The position numbers were made by a program, and so were the translations under genes. From Macrostomum hystrix (taxonomy: Eukaryota; Animalia; Platyhelminthes), in NCBI GenBank assembly GCA_950097015.1, contig CATNEN010000033.1:4154001-4218000 (forward strand): a stretch of DNA of 64,000 nucleotides, written 5' to 3'. A model generated the notes under the pieces. That model worked only from the letters and a program-made list of their open reading frames with translations, was not told the origin of the DNA and ran no database searches. Positions 38,298-50,900 of the stretch are shown here, one piece after another (position 1 is the stretch's first letter; every line of letters begins with the position of its first letter).

Positions 38298-41200
38298 TCA
38301 GCGCTCCCCGTTCTGCCGCCCCGTGCTGGCAGAAGCCGCGGCGGCCGCAGCTCGAGCCTTCAGCATCAGAGCCGGTGATTTGGCCACACCGGCACCTAGG
38401 CGAGCCTCCTCAGCTGCCATCTGCTCTTTCTGCTGCTCCAGCAGGCGCTGCTGTTCCTCCAGCCGCGCCGCCTGGTGCTCCAGCTCCTCTTGACGCTGGC
38501 GGAGCTGCTCCTCGCGCTGTTCGGCTTCCTCGCGACGCGTCTCCATGCGGGCCGTCTCCCGCATGCGCTCCTCGCGAAAGCGGGCCCGGTCGTGCTCCAG
38601 CTCTGAGCGCTGCACGCGTATCTGCACGAAGAGGGAAGGGTCGAGCTTATCTACCTGAGGTGCTTCAGCTCGCTGAAACCGCGAAACTGGCCTGATCGCC
38701 ACGTGGACTCACTTTCTCCAGGATCGAGTCCTGACTGCGGAATGCCTCCTGCTCGTGCGAGCTCCGCAGCCCGAGAACCTCCTGGCGCAGCTCGGCCTCC
38801 TTCTGCACTCGGTCAGCCAGCCGGGAGCGCTCGCACAGCAGGGCGGCCGTCATGGCAGACACCAGAGCCTGCAGACGACCGATGGCTTCCAGGCCTTCGA
38901 CGTCTGGCAGCTGCGGCGTGAGGGCTCCCGGTGACGACGCCGCATCAACCGCCGTGACTCCGGCGATAGCGATTGGTGAATCGGCTACGACGACAACCGA
39001 ATCCTCGGCGAGAACCGGCGGCGCCGCCTGCTGATCGCGGGGACGACGAAAAATGTCAAACATCGACGGGCGACGCGGTTTCGGCTCTTTGTCTTTTTCC
39101 TGAAATGTTTTGTTATTCTTAAAAATGTTTGTTGAAATCTTTTTTTAACGCCAATCTCGTTAAAGAAAAGTTACGAGCGTAAGTTAAAAAACAGCAAATT
39201 CTGTTCAAATCAGGGCCAAAATTTCTTTCGAATTAATCATTTTCAAAATGCGTACAATGCATTGTTGAACTGATGCTAAAAATAGCAATCTGTAAGTTTC
39301 AAACTGGTGCCAACATTTTGCTGGCGTCAAGCGTAAAATGGGGAAAAGCGCAAAATGTGTTTTTGATGTCATGAAAAAAGAATATGAAATCATTGTCACA
39401 AATGCAATGTCCCACATCTTCTATCAACTGGCGCATTGGTGGATGTCTACAGACCAGGGAAGTGAGATCAACAAAGTGAGATCTGCCCCGAGTGAAATGA
39501 TCCACCGAGAGACCGCTTTGATCAAACATCAGACAAGGCATGCTAAATTTCTGAAGACACTTTTTAAGACAATGTGTTTTAATATAACAAAATCCGGATT
39601 TTAATTGACGATAACATCAATATTTGATTAAATGAAGTTGACCGTCTTCCGATTCTGATGTCTCATGATCAGACAAAGAGAGGCAAAAAGTTATATTACA
39701 GCAAAAACTCTGGGGGTTGCCACTTGAAAATATAGATTAAATTTGTTTCTCGTTTTGTATTTTTTTAGCAAACTGAAGCAAAAATCTGTTGTCAGTGCAA
39801 AGAAATCCCACTGTAGTAGAACACTCGCAGCATACCGGTGCGCGAACTCTGCTAGGTTAATAATGCAAAAATCAAACCTTTCGTAAAGACGCGAATCCCG
39901 ATGCTGCAGTCAGGCGACTCTTGCGCTGCAAGCGTGTATCGGAGCTGGGTCACTACGTGAGCTGGTTCTGGCAAGTGAGAGTGCTCAAACCTCATCACAG
40001 AGAGAAATTAGTGTGCTCAAACCTCATCACACAGGGAAGCGAGTGCGCCCAAACCTCATCTTAAAATAGTGAAGTGAGTGTGCTCAAATCTCATCATACA
40101 GGGAAGTGAGTGTGCTCAAACCTCATCACACAGGGAAGCGAGTGTGCTCAGACCTCATCTTAAAATATTGAAGTGAGTGTGCTCAAACCCCATCACACAG
40201 GGAAGCGAGTGTGCTTAAACCTCATCATAAAATAGTGAAGCGAGTGTGCTCAAACCTTATCCTAAAGTAGGGTAGCGAGTGTGCACAGACCTTATCACAC
40301 AGTGAAGCGAGTGTGCGCAAATATCCTCTCAAAAAGTATTTAATTCTCACCCTCTGAGCGACGTTGCTGCCAGCGACGCCACAGCCGACGCTTTCCGTCA
40401 GTGGACCGTAGATGTGGCCGGCCGTCACTGAAGGCAGCCTCTTGTGCGCAGTCCCCGGCCGGCGCGTCATGGCGGCGTCGTACCCGCTGAAAGTGTCCGC
40501 TCGCTTCGGCAGGCTGACTGCGGCCGCCGACTTCTCCTCGGCGCTACTGGAGCTGCGCTTCAAGCCGGCCGCCGCCTCGGCCTCGGCGTCGTCGATGGAG
40601 CAGCCGGAGCTCGCGTCGCGGAAGCAGCGCACGATGCGGCGGAGGCGGCCCAGCTCCGCCAGGGCTTCGCGGCAGAGTCGCTCCGGTTGAACATCGGGAC
40701 CAACTGCAGAGGCGACCGAAGGCGCGTCGCCGACCAGCTCCTCCTGATGGCTCTGAAGCTGCTGGCAGCCCCACAGACCCAGCAGCTGGTGCCAGAGCTG
40801 CGCCTTCTCGCTCAACAGACTCTGCAGCTCGCGATCCCGGCGCTCCATCCCCGCCAACAGATCCGCGGAGGCTGCCGACTTTTGGCGCAGCTGGCGGGCC
40901 GCCTCCAGGGCGCGTTCGTCCGCGTGCGGATTCGAGTCGCGGACCTTGTCATGGGGAGCAAAATTTATTTTGACATGTGCTGCCAACTCATTATTATTGT
41001 AGCCCAGTGGTTGGGATTCTGACCGAGATGAGGTCTGGAGTTCGAATCTCGCTTGTTTCAGTTCACCCAGCTGTATAAATGGGTACCGGCATCAGCTGGG
41101 TTGTAATTTGCGTGGGTGTGGCAGCCCCCTCCCCAGTCCACGGACGGGACAGCGGTACATAGCCTTTTTAAATCTGGCCCAATTGGGAGTTTCATAATTT

Positions 41201-44200
41201 CTATCAATTGTATCCTCAGGCAGCCAACCTGGTTGATCCGATTCAGCCACTTGGTCCGGTCCTCCAGGCTGTGGCAGGCCACGCTGATGAGCTTCGGGTC
41301 CGGCCGCTTCACCACAATGAAGAAAGTGGATCCTCCGCCTCCTGTGCCACCGCCGCCGCCGCCGCCGCCGCCGCCCCCGCCGCCCAACCCGCAGGCGCCA
41401 GAGGAGGCTTCGTTTTCGCGCACGATGGCGTCAGTCTCGGAGAAGCGAATCAGCGGCAGGTGGCGGCAGGCGGACACGATGGTGCCGGTCAGGGGGCCGA
41501 ACCGGCCGGCCGGGAGCTCCTGGAGGAACAACAGCGAGTCGGACAGCAGCAGGCCGAAGCACGGAGTGGCCGCCTTGGCCTCCTGAGTTCGCACCTGAAG
41601 GCGGCCGCTGTGAATCAGTCGCCTGCCAGCCAGGTGCTGCTGCACCGTGATGCCCTGGTCCGCCTGAAAATTGGCCATCACCCGGTCCAGCACGTGCTCA
41701 TTGTGGCGCTGCTCGACCAGATCGTTGACAGACTTCAGCAGCCAGTCGAGATCCGAGCAGGCGGCCAGCATGTCCGGGTCCTCCGGCGGCGACTGGCAGC
41801 AATCGGCAATCTGCGGCAGCAGGGTCTTGTACTTGGCCAGGCGCTGCGTCACCACCAGGTACAGATCCTGCGAGCAGGGGTGTGGGATCCTGGCATTGCC
41901 TCCCAAATCCGCATTATTTATAGTTCATGTAAGGAAAGCTATGTCCCATATATCGATATCCCTAATTTCTAGCACGAAATCCCCATACAGAAATATCAAA
42001 TCAGAAATGTGAATCTTTCTCGTTTCAGCAGCTTCGACTTCGATCCTCAAATCGCCAATTCCAAAATCCCCATTTTGAAATCCCAATGCAAAAAACCAAA
42101 TCCCAGTCCCGTGTCGCCCCTACAAGCAGCGTCTTCCTTCCAGCCTGCGGACTCTTCTCGCACTCCCGCAGCGCCGCGGCGAAGCCGGAGCTCCTGGCCA
42201 GCAGGCCGGTCAGGCTGGACTGGAGTGTCACGGTGTGCTCCGAGCAGAAGCCGCCATAGGCCGCCAGCCAATCAGAGGCGGCCGGGCCGGAGAAATGCCG
42301 ACGGAGTGCGGAGCCCAGGCCGCCTAGGCCGGCCCAGTCGGCGCTGACGATGCCGGAGCTCGAGCTGGAGGGCAGCGCTGACTTGCCGATGGCGGCCAGC
42401 GAACGAGGTGGCTCGCAGCGTCGAAGGTCCGTCAGGAGGGCAGAGTGCAGCCGCTCCAGCAGGTCGAGCTGGGGGAACAGGGCCTCCACCTCGGCCGGGG
42501 CGATGCCGAAGGCGGCCGTCAGCTGGCAGCGAAGCGGCTCGCGAAACACGACCTGTTGAGGACGGTCAGAAGGTAGATTGGTAGACAGAGAAGTAGAATG
42601 GTAGACAGAGAAGTAGATTGGTAGACAGAGAAGTAGATTGGTAGACAGAGAAGTAGATTGGTAGACAGAGAAGTAGAATGGTAGACAGAGAAGTAGATTG
42701 GTAGACAGAGAAGTAGATTGGTAGACAGAGAAGTAGATTGGTAGACAGAGAAGTAGAATGGTAGACAGAGAGTAAGAATGGTAGACAGAGAAGTAGAATG
42801 GTAGATTGAGAAGTAGATTGTTAGTCAGATATGTAGACGGAAAAGGCTATTTTTTCAAGGAAGTCCCCACGGAACTGACCTGCAGCACCCTGAGGTTGCG
42901 CAGGTGGCTGATTTCGGTGGACACCAGCTCGTAGACAAAGTTGCACCGTTTGACCAGCTTCTCGCCGCAGCGCTTCAGCAGTTTCTTCTCCTGGGAATCC
43001 GCCCAGGAGGGGCCTCTTGCCGCCGCCTCTCGAGTCAGGGCATCCAGCTCCACTGACATGGCCTTCTTGTCTGTCGTTGCTGCTGCTGTGGCTGCTGCTG
43101 TGTCCGAAACGTCACTCGCTCCTGACGGAAGGACGACTGGACCTTCTGGTTGCGCGGCGCTGAAATCAAAGAAGTCAAGCAGGTAGACAGCAGAAAAGGC
43201 TGATGAGAGACAAATAATTGAGAGGCATGAGTTGAGACAAAGTGAGATTGGATTTGGTGAGACACGACGGGATGAGACGAGACGACAAAATACAGAAATC
43301 ATTTAAAAAATAGGCCAATTCTATAATAACGCACGCAACCTAATTAAGAGCTTCGCTGAAGAGTTTTTGTGAAACGGCAACTTAGCCTCACGCTGGATAC
43401 AGCCAGTCTATTGAATATAAAACTGTCAGTCTTAGTACAGTATTTATAAGCGGTTAGCGTTTTTACGGCTCGCATAACAAATATGAGGTCCTGGAAAGTT
43501 ACATTAATAAGCTCCTGGCTGCCGAGAGATTTTCAGTTCGCGATAAAATAGGCAATAATAAACAGCCAGAGGGAGCGGCGCTAAGCAAATAAATTACGAG
43601 TACATGCTCGTACATGCTCATGCATAGATACAGCCGGCGCAGATACCGCTAGACTCTTATCCGAGTGAGTGAGTGAGTGAGTGAGTGAGTGAGTGAGTGA
43701 GTGAGTGAGTGAGTGAGTGAGTGAGTGAGTGAGTGAGTGAGTGAGTGAGTGAGTGAGTGAGTGAGTGAGTGAGTGAGTGAGTGAGTGAGTGAGTGAGTGA
43801 GTGAGTGAGTGAGTGAGTGAGTGAGTGAGTGATTTCGCAGCAGCGGACTGACACAGCAAACCAGGCCTCCAACGCACACAGAACACATGAAGCATCTAGT
43901 ACATCCCTAGGCCACTGGGTGATTCAGTTCGCAGATCTGCAAATGTATCCAGTGCATAGCGAACTGCTTAACAAGGAATATATGGTTTCTAACGGCTGCT
44001 GCTGCTGCTGCTGTTGCTGACTTTGCGTATTCAGGTTTCTAAGTGAATGACTCCTGGTTAGCATAAACTCTAGATTGAATCTCTTCTCAATGTATCGAAA
44101 GTATTTTTATGGTCATTATTTAGAAGCGAGGGCTGTACAGGAAATTTCGTAGGCTGGAAAAGGCAGTGATTTTAGAGCCTTGGAATATTAAATTGAAATC

Positions 44201-44938
44201 GCTGAAGCGTTTGAACTTACTATTTTCGGGAGGCCTCGGTAAATTAATCTTGCTGCGAGGCAAGTAAATGGAAAATTACTTCCTTGGGATTTAGTACTCA
44301 TGATGTAGGATGCAAATACAAGAAGACTGAGTTTTAACTTGCAAAGGTCGCCCTGGGCCACATATGCGGCAAGGCATTCAGGGAAGGAGGGTCAGACACT
44401 GAGGAAAGGAGGGTCAGACACTGAGGAAAGGAGGGTCAGACACTGAGGAAAGGAGGGTCAGACACTGAGGAAAGGAGGGTCAGACGCTGAGGAAAGGAGG
44501 GTCAGACACTGAAGAAAGGAGGGTCAGACACTGAGGAAAGGAGGGTCAGACACTGAGGAAAGGAGGGTCAGACACTGAGGAAAGGAGGGTCAGACACTGA
44601 GGAAAGGAGGGTCAGACACTGAGGAAAAGAGGGTCAGACACTGATTTCCCTGAAGATCAAAGGCAGTGCGCAGTTCTTTCAGTCAGCTGTACTTCTGTAC
44701 TGCCTCTGGCTCCACAGCGAACTTAAAACGCTTGACTGGCTGGGTGAAAGTGTCCAACTCGAGAAGCCGCAACATCAAAGAGGTTAAGCGAGTCGGAAAC
44801 GCTTCGCGACTGAAAAACTTCAAAGACGAGAAGCCGCCGCCTCTTTAATCTCGATTTGTTTTCTACATTTTTCTCAGCCATTTCTGGCCTTTGCTTCGAA
44901 TACTCAGAGTAATTTGGTTAAAATGTAAATCAAACCTA

Positions 44939-44980
<42 letters not shown>

Positions 44981-47900
44981 ATTGCTTGTGATGTGATGAT
45001 GTATATTATGTAAACTATTGTAATATTTGTAACAACAAAAATGTAATTTCTTTAAACACAAGTATCTCTTTAAAACTTTTAACTTTTTGTTTCTTTTTCA
45101 ACTCTCACCCATCTCTCTTGAAATCTAAATGCTTTCGTAGAAACTTTCACCTGCATCTAAAGATCATCAGCAGCTGGTTTAGAAACTAACTGATTTCTTA
45201 GGCTTTTTGTCCTTTTCTACGTTCAGATGCTTCTTTGAGTCACGTGAGATAATATCTTAGAAAGACTCACCTGCCTCTTAGAAACGCATGTCCGTATCCT
45301 AGAGACCCTTTCGTTTCTCAGAAAATCCCTTCCGTTTCCTAGAAATCCTTCCGTTTTTTTAGAAAAGCTCCTCTGTTTACTAGAAACCCTTTCGTTTCTT
45401 AAAAAAAGCTCCCCCGTTTCATAGAAACCCTTCGTTTCTTAGAAAGTCTCTTCCGTTTCCATGAAACTCTTTCGTTTCTTTGAAAATCTATTCCGTTTCC
45501 TAGAAATGCTTTCGTTTTTTAGAAAAGCTCCTCTGTTTCCTAGAAACCCTTTCGTTTCTTAAAAAAGCTCCCCCGTTTCATAGAAACCCTTCGTTTCTTA
45601 GAAAGTCTCTTCCGTTTCCATGAAACTCTTTCGTTTCTTTGAAAATCTATTCCGTTTCCTAGAAATCCTTTCGTTTTTTTATAAAAGCTCCTCTGTTTCC
45701 TAGAAACCCTTTCGTTTCTTAAAAAAGCTCCCCCCGTTTCATAGAAACCCTTCGTTTCTTAGAAAGTCTCTTCCGTTTCCATGAAACTCTTTCGTTTCTT
45801 TGAAAATCTATTCCGTTTCCTAGAAATCCTTTCGTTTTTTTAGAAAAGCTCCTCTGTTTCCTAGAAACCCTTTCGTTTCTTAAAAAAGCTCCCCCCGTTT
45901 CATAGAAACCCTTTCGTTTCTTAGAAACTCTCTTCCGTTCCTGGCAACCCTTTACTTTCTTAAAATAGCTCCTGCGTTTCCTAAAAACCCTTTCGCTTCT
46001 TAGAAAAGCTCATCCTTTTCATAGAAACCCTTCGTTTCTTAGAAAGTCTCTTCTGTTTCCATGAATCTCTTTCGTTTCTTAGAAACCCTTTTGTTTCTTA
46101 GAAAATTGCTCCCGTTTCCTAGAAATCCTTTCTTTTTTCCTAGAAAATCTCTTCCGTTTCCTTGAAACCTTTCGAGTCCTAAAAAATCCCTCAATTTTCT
46201 TTGAAACTCAGATAAATCTGTTCGAAACAATTTGAAACGGTTTTATGAGATCTAATTTCTCTTGGAAACTATTGTCCCTTTCTAAGAAATTCTCATCCCT
46301 CTCGTAGAATAAAATATATTTCTTAGAAAATGCATATCTATCTTAGAAATTCGCATCATTGCCAACAATTTTTGTTTGTCTCTCCAGCCCAGAGGATACA
46401 TACAGATTTAGCCCAGATTCAGTGGCCAACATTCAGTCTTGCATTTTGCTGCGTTGCTGCATCCACCGTGGGTGTCTACTGCTGAAGCAGAGCCGGTGGC
46501 CGCTACAAGCGAGATATACAAATACTCGCCCGCCTGCCCCATAGAAGGAAAAATCGAAATGACAGGACGAAAGCTGAATTAAAAACGCAGGCCAAAGTCT
46601 TTCCGCAGGCGATGTACTTTTCTGTGATGCAATGAGCTGCAGTCTGTGAACTGCTGGGAACCCGCCGAATCAATTTTTCATTAAAAAAACTCCTATTAAA
46701 TTTCACATTTTCAAATAGAAAATTCACTCCATTGATTCGCCACCTGTCGTGTTATTCTCTGATGTCGAACTGTTTTAATAGAAACAGGAAAACAAATATG
46801 GAATTTTAAAAAGTGCTATTTAGGTTTGCCATTTCGAAAGCGGCTAGTTAAGGTCGGCTGCACTCACGGAGCGCCCGTAACCCACTTTGTAGCTGAGCAT
46901 TGCTTTTTTGTAAAGTCCTGAATTTCTCCTTTAGGGGTCTGGCTGCCGAATCGCGACGTGTCCCTCTATTTCCCATCTGTCTTCTCTCCCCGTAAATGCA
47001 TTTTAATTCCTGTGGCTTGATAAGGGCAGCTTTAGGGCGAATTCCAGCACTCAAATATCCTAAAATCCCACCGAAAATATACACCAGAACAAGCCGGACA
47101 TGCGCAATGGCAAGATTAGCAACGGACTGGCTAATGCGAATGGGGAGAAAACTCCCGGCATGGGAATAAACAAAAAGACCAGCCACAACAGATTGTGATT
47201 CCTGAATCCCTTCTGATCCATTCAATCCGTCACTCTTACTCCAAATCTCTCCCTCCTCTTCTACCCTTTTCTCTCCCACCTCTTCTACGATTTTCTCCTA
47301 CCTCTTCTCCCCTTTTCTCCCCCCCTCTTCTCCCCATTTCTCTCTCACCTCTTCCTCTCTTCTCTCTCACCTCTTCCTCTCTTCTCTCTCCCACCTCTTC
47401 TCCCCTTTTCTCTCACCTCTTCTACCCTTCTCTCCCACCTCTTCCTCTCTTCTCTCTCACCTCTTCCTCTCTTCTCTCTCCCACCTCTTCTCCCCTTTTC
47501 TCCCCCCCTCTTCTCCCCATTTCTCTCTCACCTCTTCCTCTCTTCTCTCTCACCTCTTCCTCTCTTCTCTCTCCCACCTCTTCTCCCCTTTTCTCTCACC
47601 TCTTCTACCCTTCTCCCCCACCTCTTCCTCTCTTCTCTCTCACCTCTTCCTCTCTTCTCTCTCCCACCTCTTCTCCCCTTTTCTCTCACCTCTTCTACCC
47701 TTCTCTCCCACCTCTTCCTCTCTTCTCTCTCACCTCTTCCTCTCTTCTCTCTCCCACCTCTTCTCCCCTTTTCTCTCACCTCTTCTACCCTTCTCCCCCA
47801 CCTCTTCCTCTCTTCTCTCTCACCTCTTCCTCTCTTCTCTCTCCCACCTCTTCTCCCCTTTTCTCTCACCTCTTCTACCCTTCTCTCCCACCTCTTCCCC

Positions 47901-50900
47901 CCTTCTCTCTACCACGTCTACTACCCTTCTCTCTCACCTCTTCTCCCATTTTCTCTCCCACTTCTTCCCCCCTCCTCTCCCACCTCTTCTCCCCTCCTCT
48001 CTTCTATCTATTTTAACCCTTAATCTCCCACCTTTACTCCTTCACCCCTCTCTTCTCTGATAGTTTCTCTACTCTTTTTTTCTATCTATTGTCCTCTCTT
48101 ATCTCCCGTGTCTTTTATCACTTCTCTATCTCTGCGTGACCGAATCCACACAGAGTAAAAAATTTTTTTATGTAGCAAGAAAATTAGGAGAGTGTAGGTA
48201 AATATTTGCACTCACCTTGCCGTAAGCGGTTTCAAAGGAGCATTCGGCTGCTGCTGGTGCTGCTGCTGAGGTGTCGGAGAGGCTGCCAGCCGCTGCTGCA
48301 ATGCAATCATGTAGGTCTTTGGCGGTGGTCGTGGCGGCAGTGAGCTAGTGTTTGACCTGTGCTGCATGGCTATAAGAGTTGTTCCCTGCACTGGCGATCC
48401 CCAAATGCGTGCCTGAGTTATCCGCAGATTCGACTGTCTACAGATCAAATAGCGACTTTGTTTTACTATTTTGTCCTTGGTTTTTTGACGCATTTCCTAC
48501 CTTTTTAGGGTGCGCCAGCCAAGCCAATGCGCCCCACCCCCAGTCCTCCCAGCCAATGGGAGAGGACCTTGCATTCGGATACGAGTATGAAGTAGACAAG
48601 GGGCAAAACGAGTGCGTTTTCCCTTGACACCTGCCCCAACCCGTGCCTCGGAAAGGTAGTCGAAATGGGATATTATTAAATTTAAGGATTGTATGCTAAA
48701 AAGGCTTGGCGAGCTATTGCTTTGCGGTTTATCTACGCTTCTGTGTCTGCAGTCTGGCAGTAGCGAGTTCAGCTTGGTGCCTGCTTTATCAGGTCAGTTG
48801 GATACCTTCAGACACCTGGCTAAACCACCTGGCTGTGGCACCAGCAGATAGTTGTAGCGAATTGAAAATGCAGATACCCATAAAATTGAGAATGGGTACA
48901 AGGATGTTAAAACAAATTTCAGGAATAACGTAGGTAGAACGACCCTAAGGTGACAGTTACTCTGACTCGTATGTGCCGGACAACTACAAATGATAATAGT
49001 CATGTACAGAAGATGACAGGCAGTTATAGAAGATGACAGACAGTTATAGAAGATGACAGACAGTTACAGAAGATTACAGGCAGTTACAGAAGATGACAGA
49101 CAGTTATAGAAGATGACAGACAGTTACAGATGATGACACACAGGTACAGAAGATGACAGACAGTTACAGAAGATGACAGACAGTTACAGATGATGACACA
49201 CAGGTACAGAAGATGACAGACAGTTACAGATGATGACACACAGGTACAGAAGATGACAGACAGTTACAGATGATGACAGGCAGTTACAGAAGATGACAGA
49301 CAGTTACAGATGATGACAGGCAGTTACAGATGATGACAGGCAGTTACAGAAGATGACAGACAGTTACAGATGATGACAGGCAGTTACAGAAGATGACAGG
49401 CAGTTACAGAAGATGACAGGCAGTTTTAGATGATGACAGGCAGTTACAGAAGATGACAGGCAGTTACAGAAGATGACAGGCAGTTTTAGATGATGACAGG
49501 CAGTTACAGAAGATGACAGGCAGTTACAGAAGATGACAGGCAGTTACAGAAGATGACAGGCAGTCACAGAAGATGACAGGCAGTTACAGAAGATGACAGG
49601 CAGTTACAGATGATGACACACAGGTACAGAAGATGACAGGCAGTTATAGAAGATGACAGGCAGTTACAGAAGATGACAGGCAGTCACAGAAGATGACAGG
49701 CAGTTACAGAAGATGACAGGCAGTTACAGATGATGACAGACAGCTACAGAAGATGAAAGACAGGTACAGAAGATGAAAGACAGGTACAGAAGATGACAGA
49801 CAGCTACAGAAGATGACAGACAGCTACAGAAGATGACAGACAGCTACAGAAGATGACAGACATCTACAGAAGATGAAAGACAGGTACAGAAGATGAAAGA
49901 CAGGTACAGAAGATGAAAGACTGTTACAGAAGAGACAATGTCAGATGGCTGGTTAGGTACAGAAATTTACATGAAGTTACAGTTACAGAAAGACTGTCCC
50001 TGTGAACTGTCAGCTAACGTGGAAAATTTATATCAGAATTCCCGTGAAGTGGCTGATGAGGCAGGCATTCTCGATGCAGAATTTAATGAGGAGCCGGGTT
50101 CTGTTGCACTTTTGATATCATTTTCTGGCGTAAACAATCGTGCAGTCATGCGGTGAGACTGGATGCTTCACTCATCTGCGTAATTCCCTGTAATCCCACT
50201 GGAAATCTCCCAGTTTCAAAGGTTTCGAATTACTTCAACCGGGTGTCGGTGTCGCCATGATAAAAAATCCTTTTTTGAGGAAACTGAGGAAATCAAAGCA
50301 CGGAAAGCCAAGCCAGATGCTTATTTGAAAAAGCAACTGGAAAACATTTTCCCATAAGGGTGTTCTTGATGAGAATAATATTTATCCCCAGAGTGCGGCG
50401 GCTTAGTCACGGATCGAGACCTCATGCTGTTAAAGAAACAGCACCTTTTTAATTTGTGCTTCTTTGAAAACTAAATCTTTAAAAAGTTCTGTGAGTGATT
50501 AGAATTACTGGGAAACAACTCTTGACATATCCCATCTGTCACTCTACCCACCTCCCATATCCCATCTGTCACTCTACCCACCTCCCATATCCCATCTGTC
50601 ACTCTACCCACCTCCCATATCCCATCTGTCACTCTACCCACCTCCCATATCCCATCTGTCACTGTACCCCACCTCCCATATCCAATCTGTCACTCTACCC
50701 ACCTCCCATATCCCATCTGTCACTCTACCCACCTCCCATATCCCATCTGTCACTGTACCCCACCTCCCATATCCAATCTGTCACTCTACCCACTTCCCAT
50801 ATCTAATCTGTCACTCTACCCACTTCCCATATCTAATCTGTCACTCTACCCACCTCCCATATCTAATCTGTCACTCTACCCACCTCCCATATCCCATCTG

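Noticed and set aside
41000-41050. tRNA gene
   Set aside because: A and B boxes are present but no acceptor stem or cloverleaf could be folded; treated as SINE-like. No rRNA or tRNA genes were recognised in the window.
44666-44848. Short protein-like ORFs on both strands in the long RhoGEF intron
   Set aside because: Not required for frame continuity; no clear splice sites.
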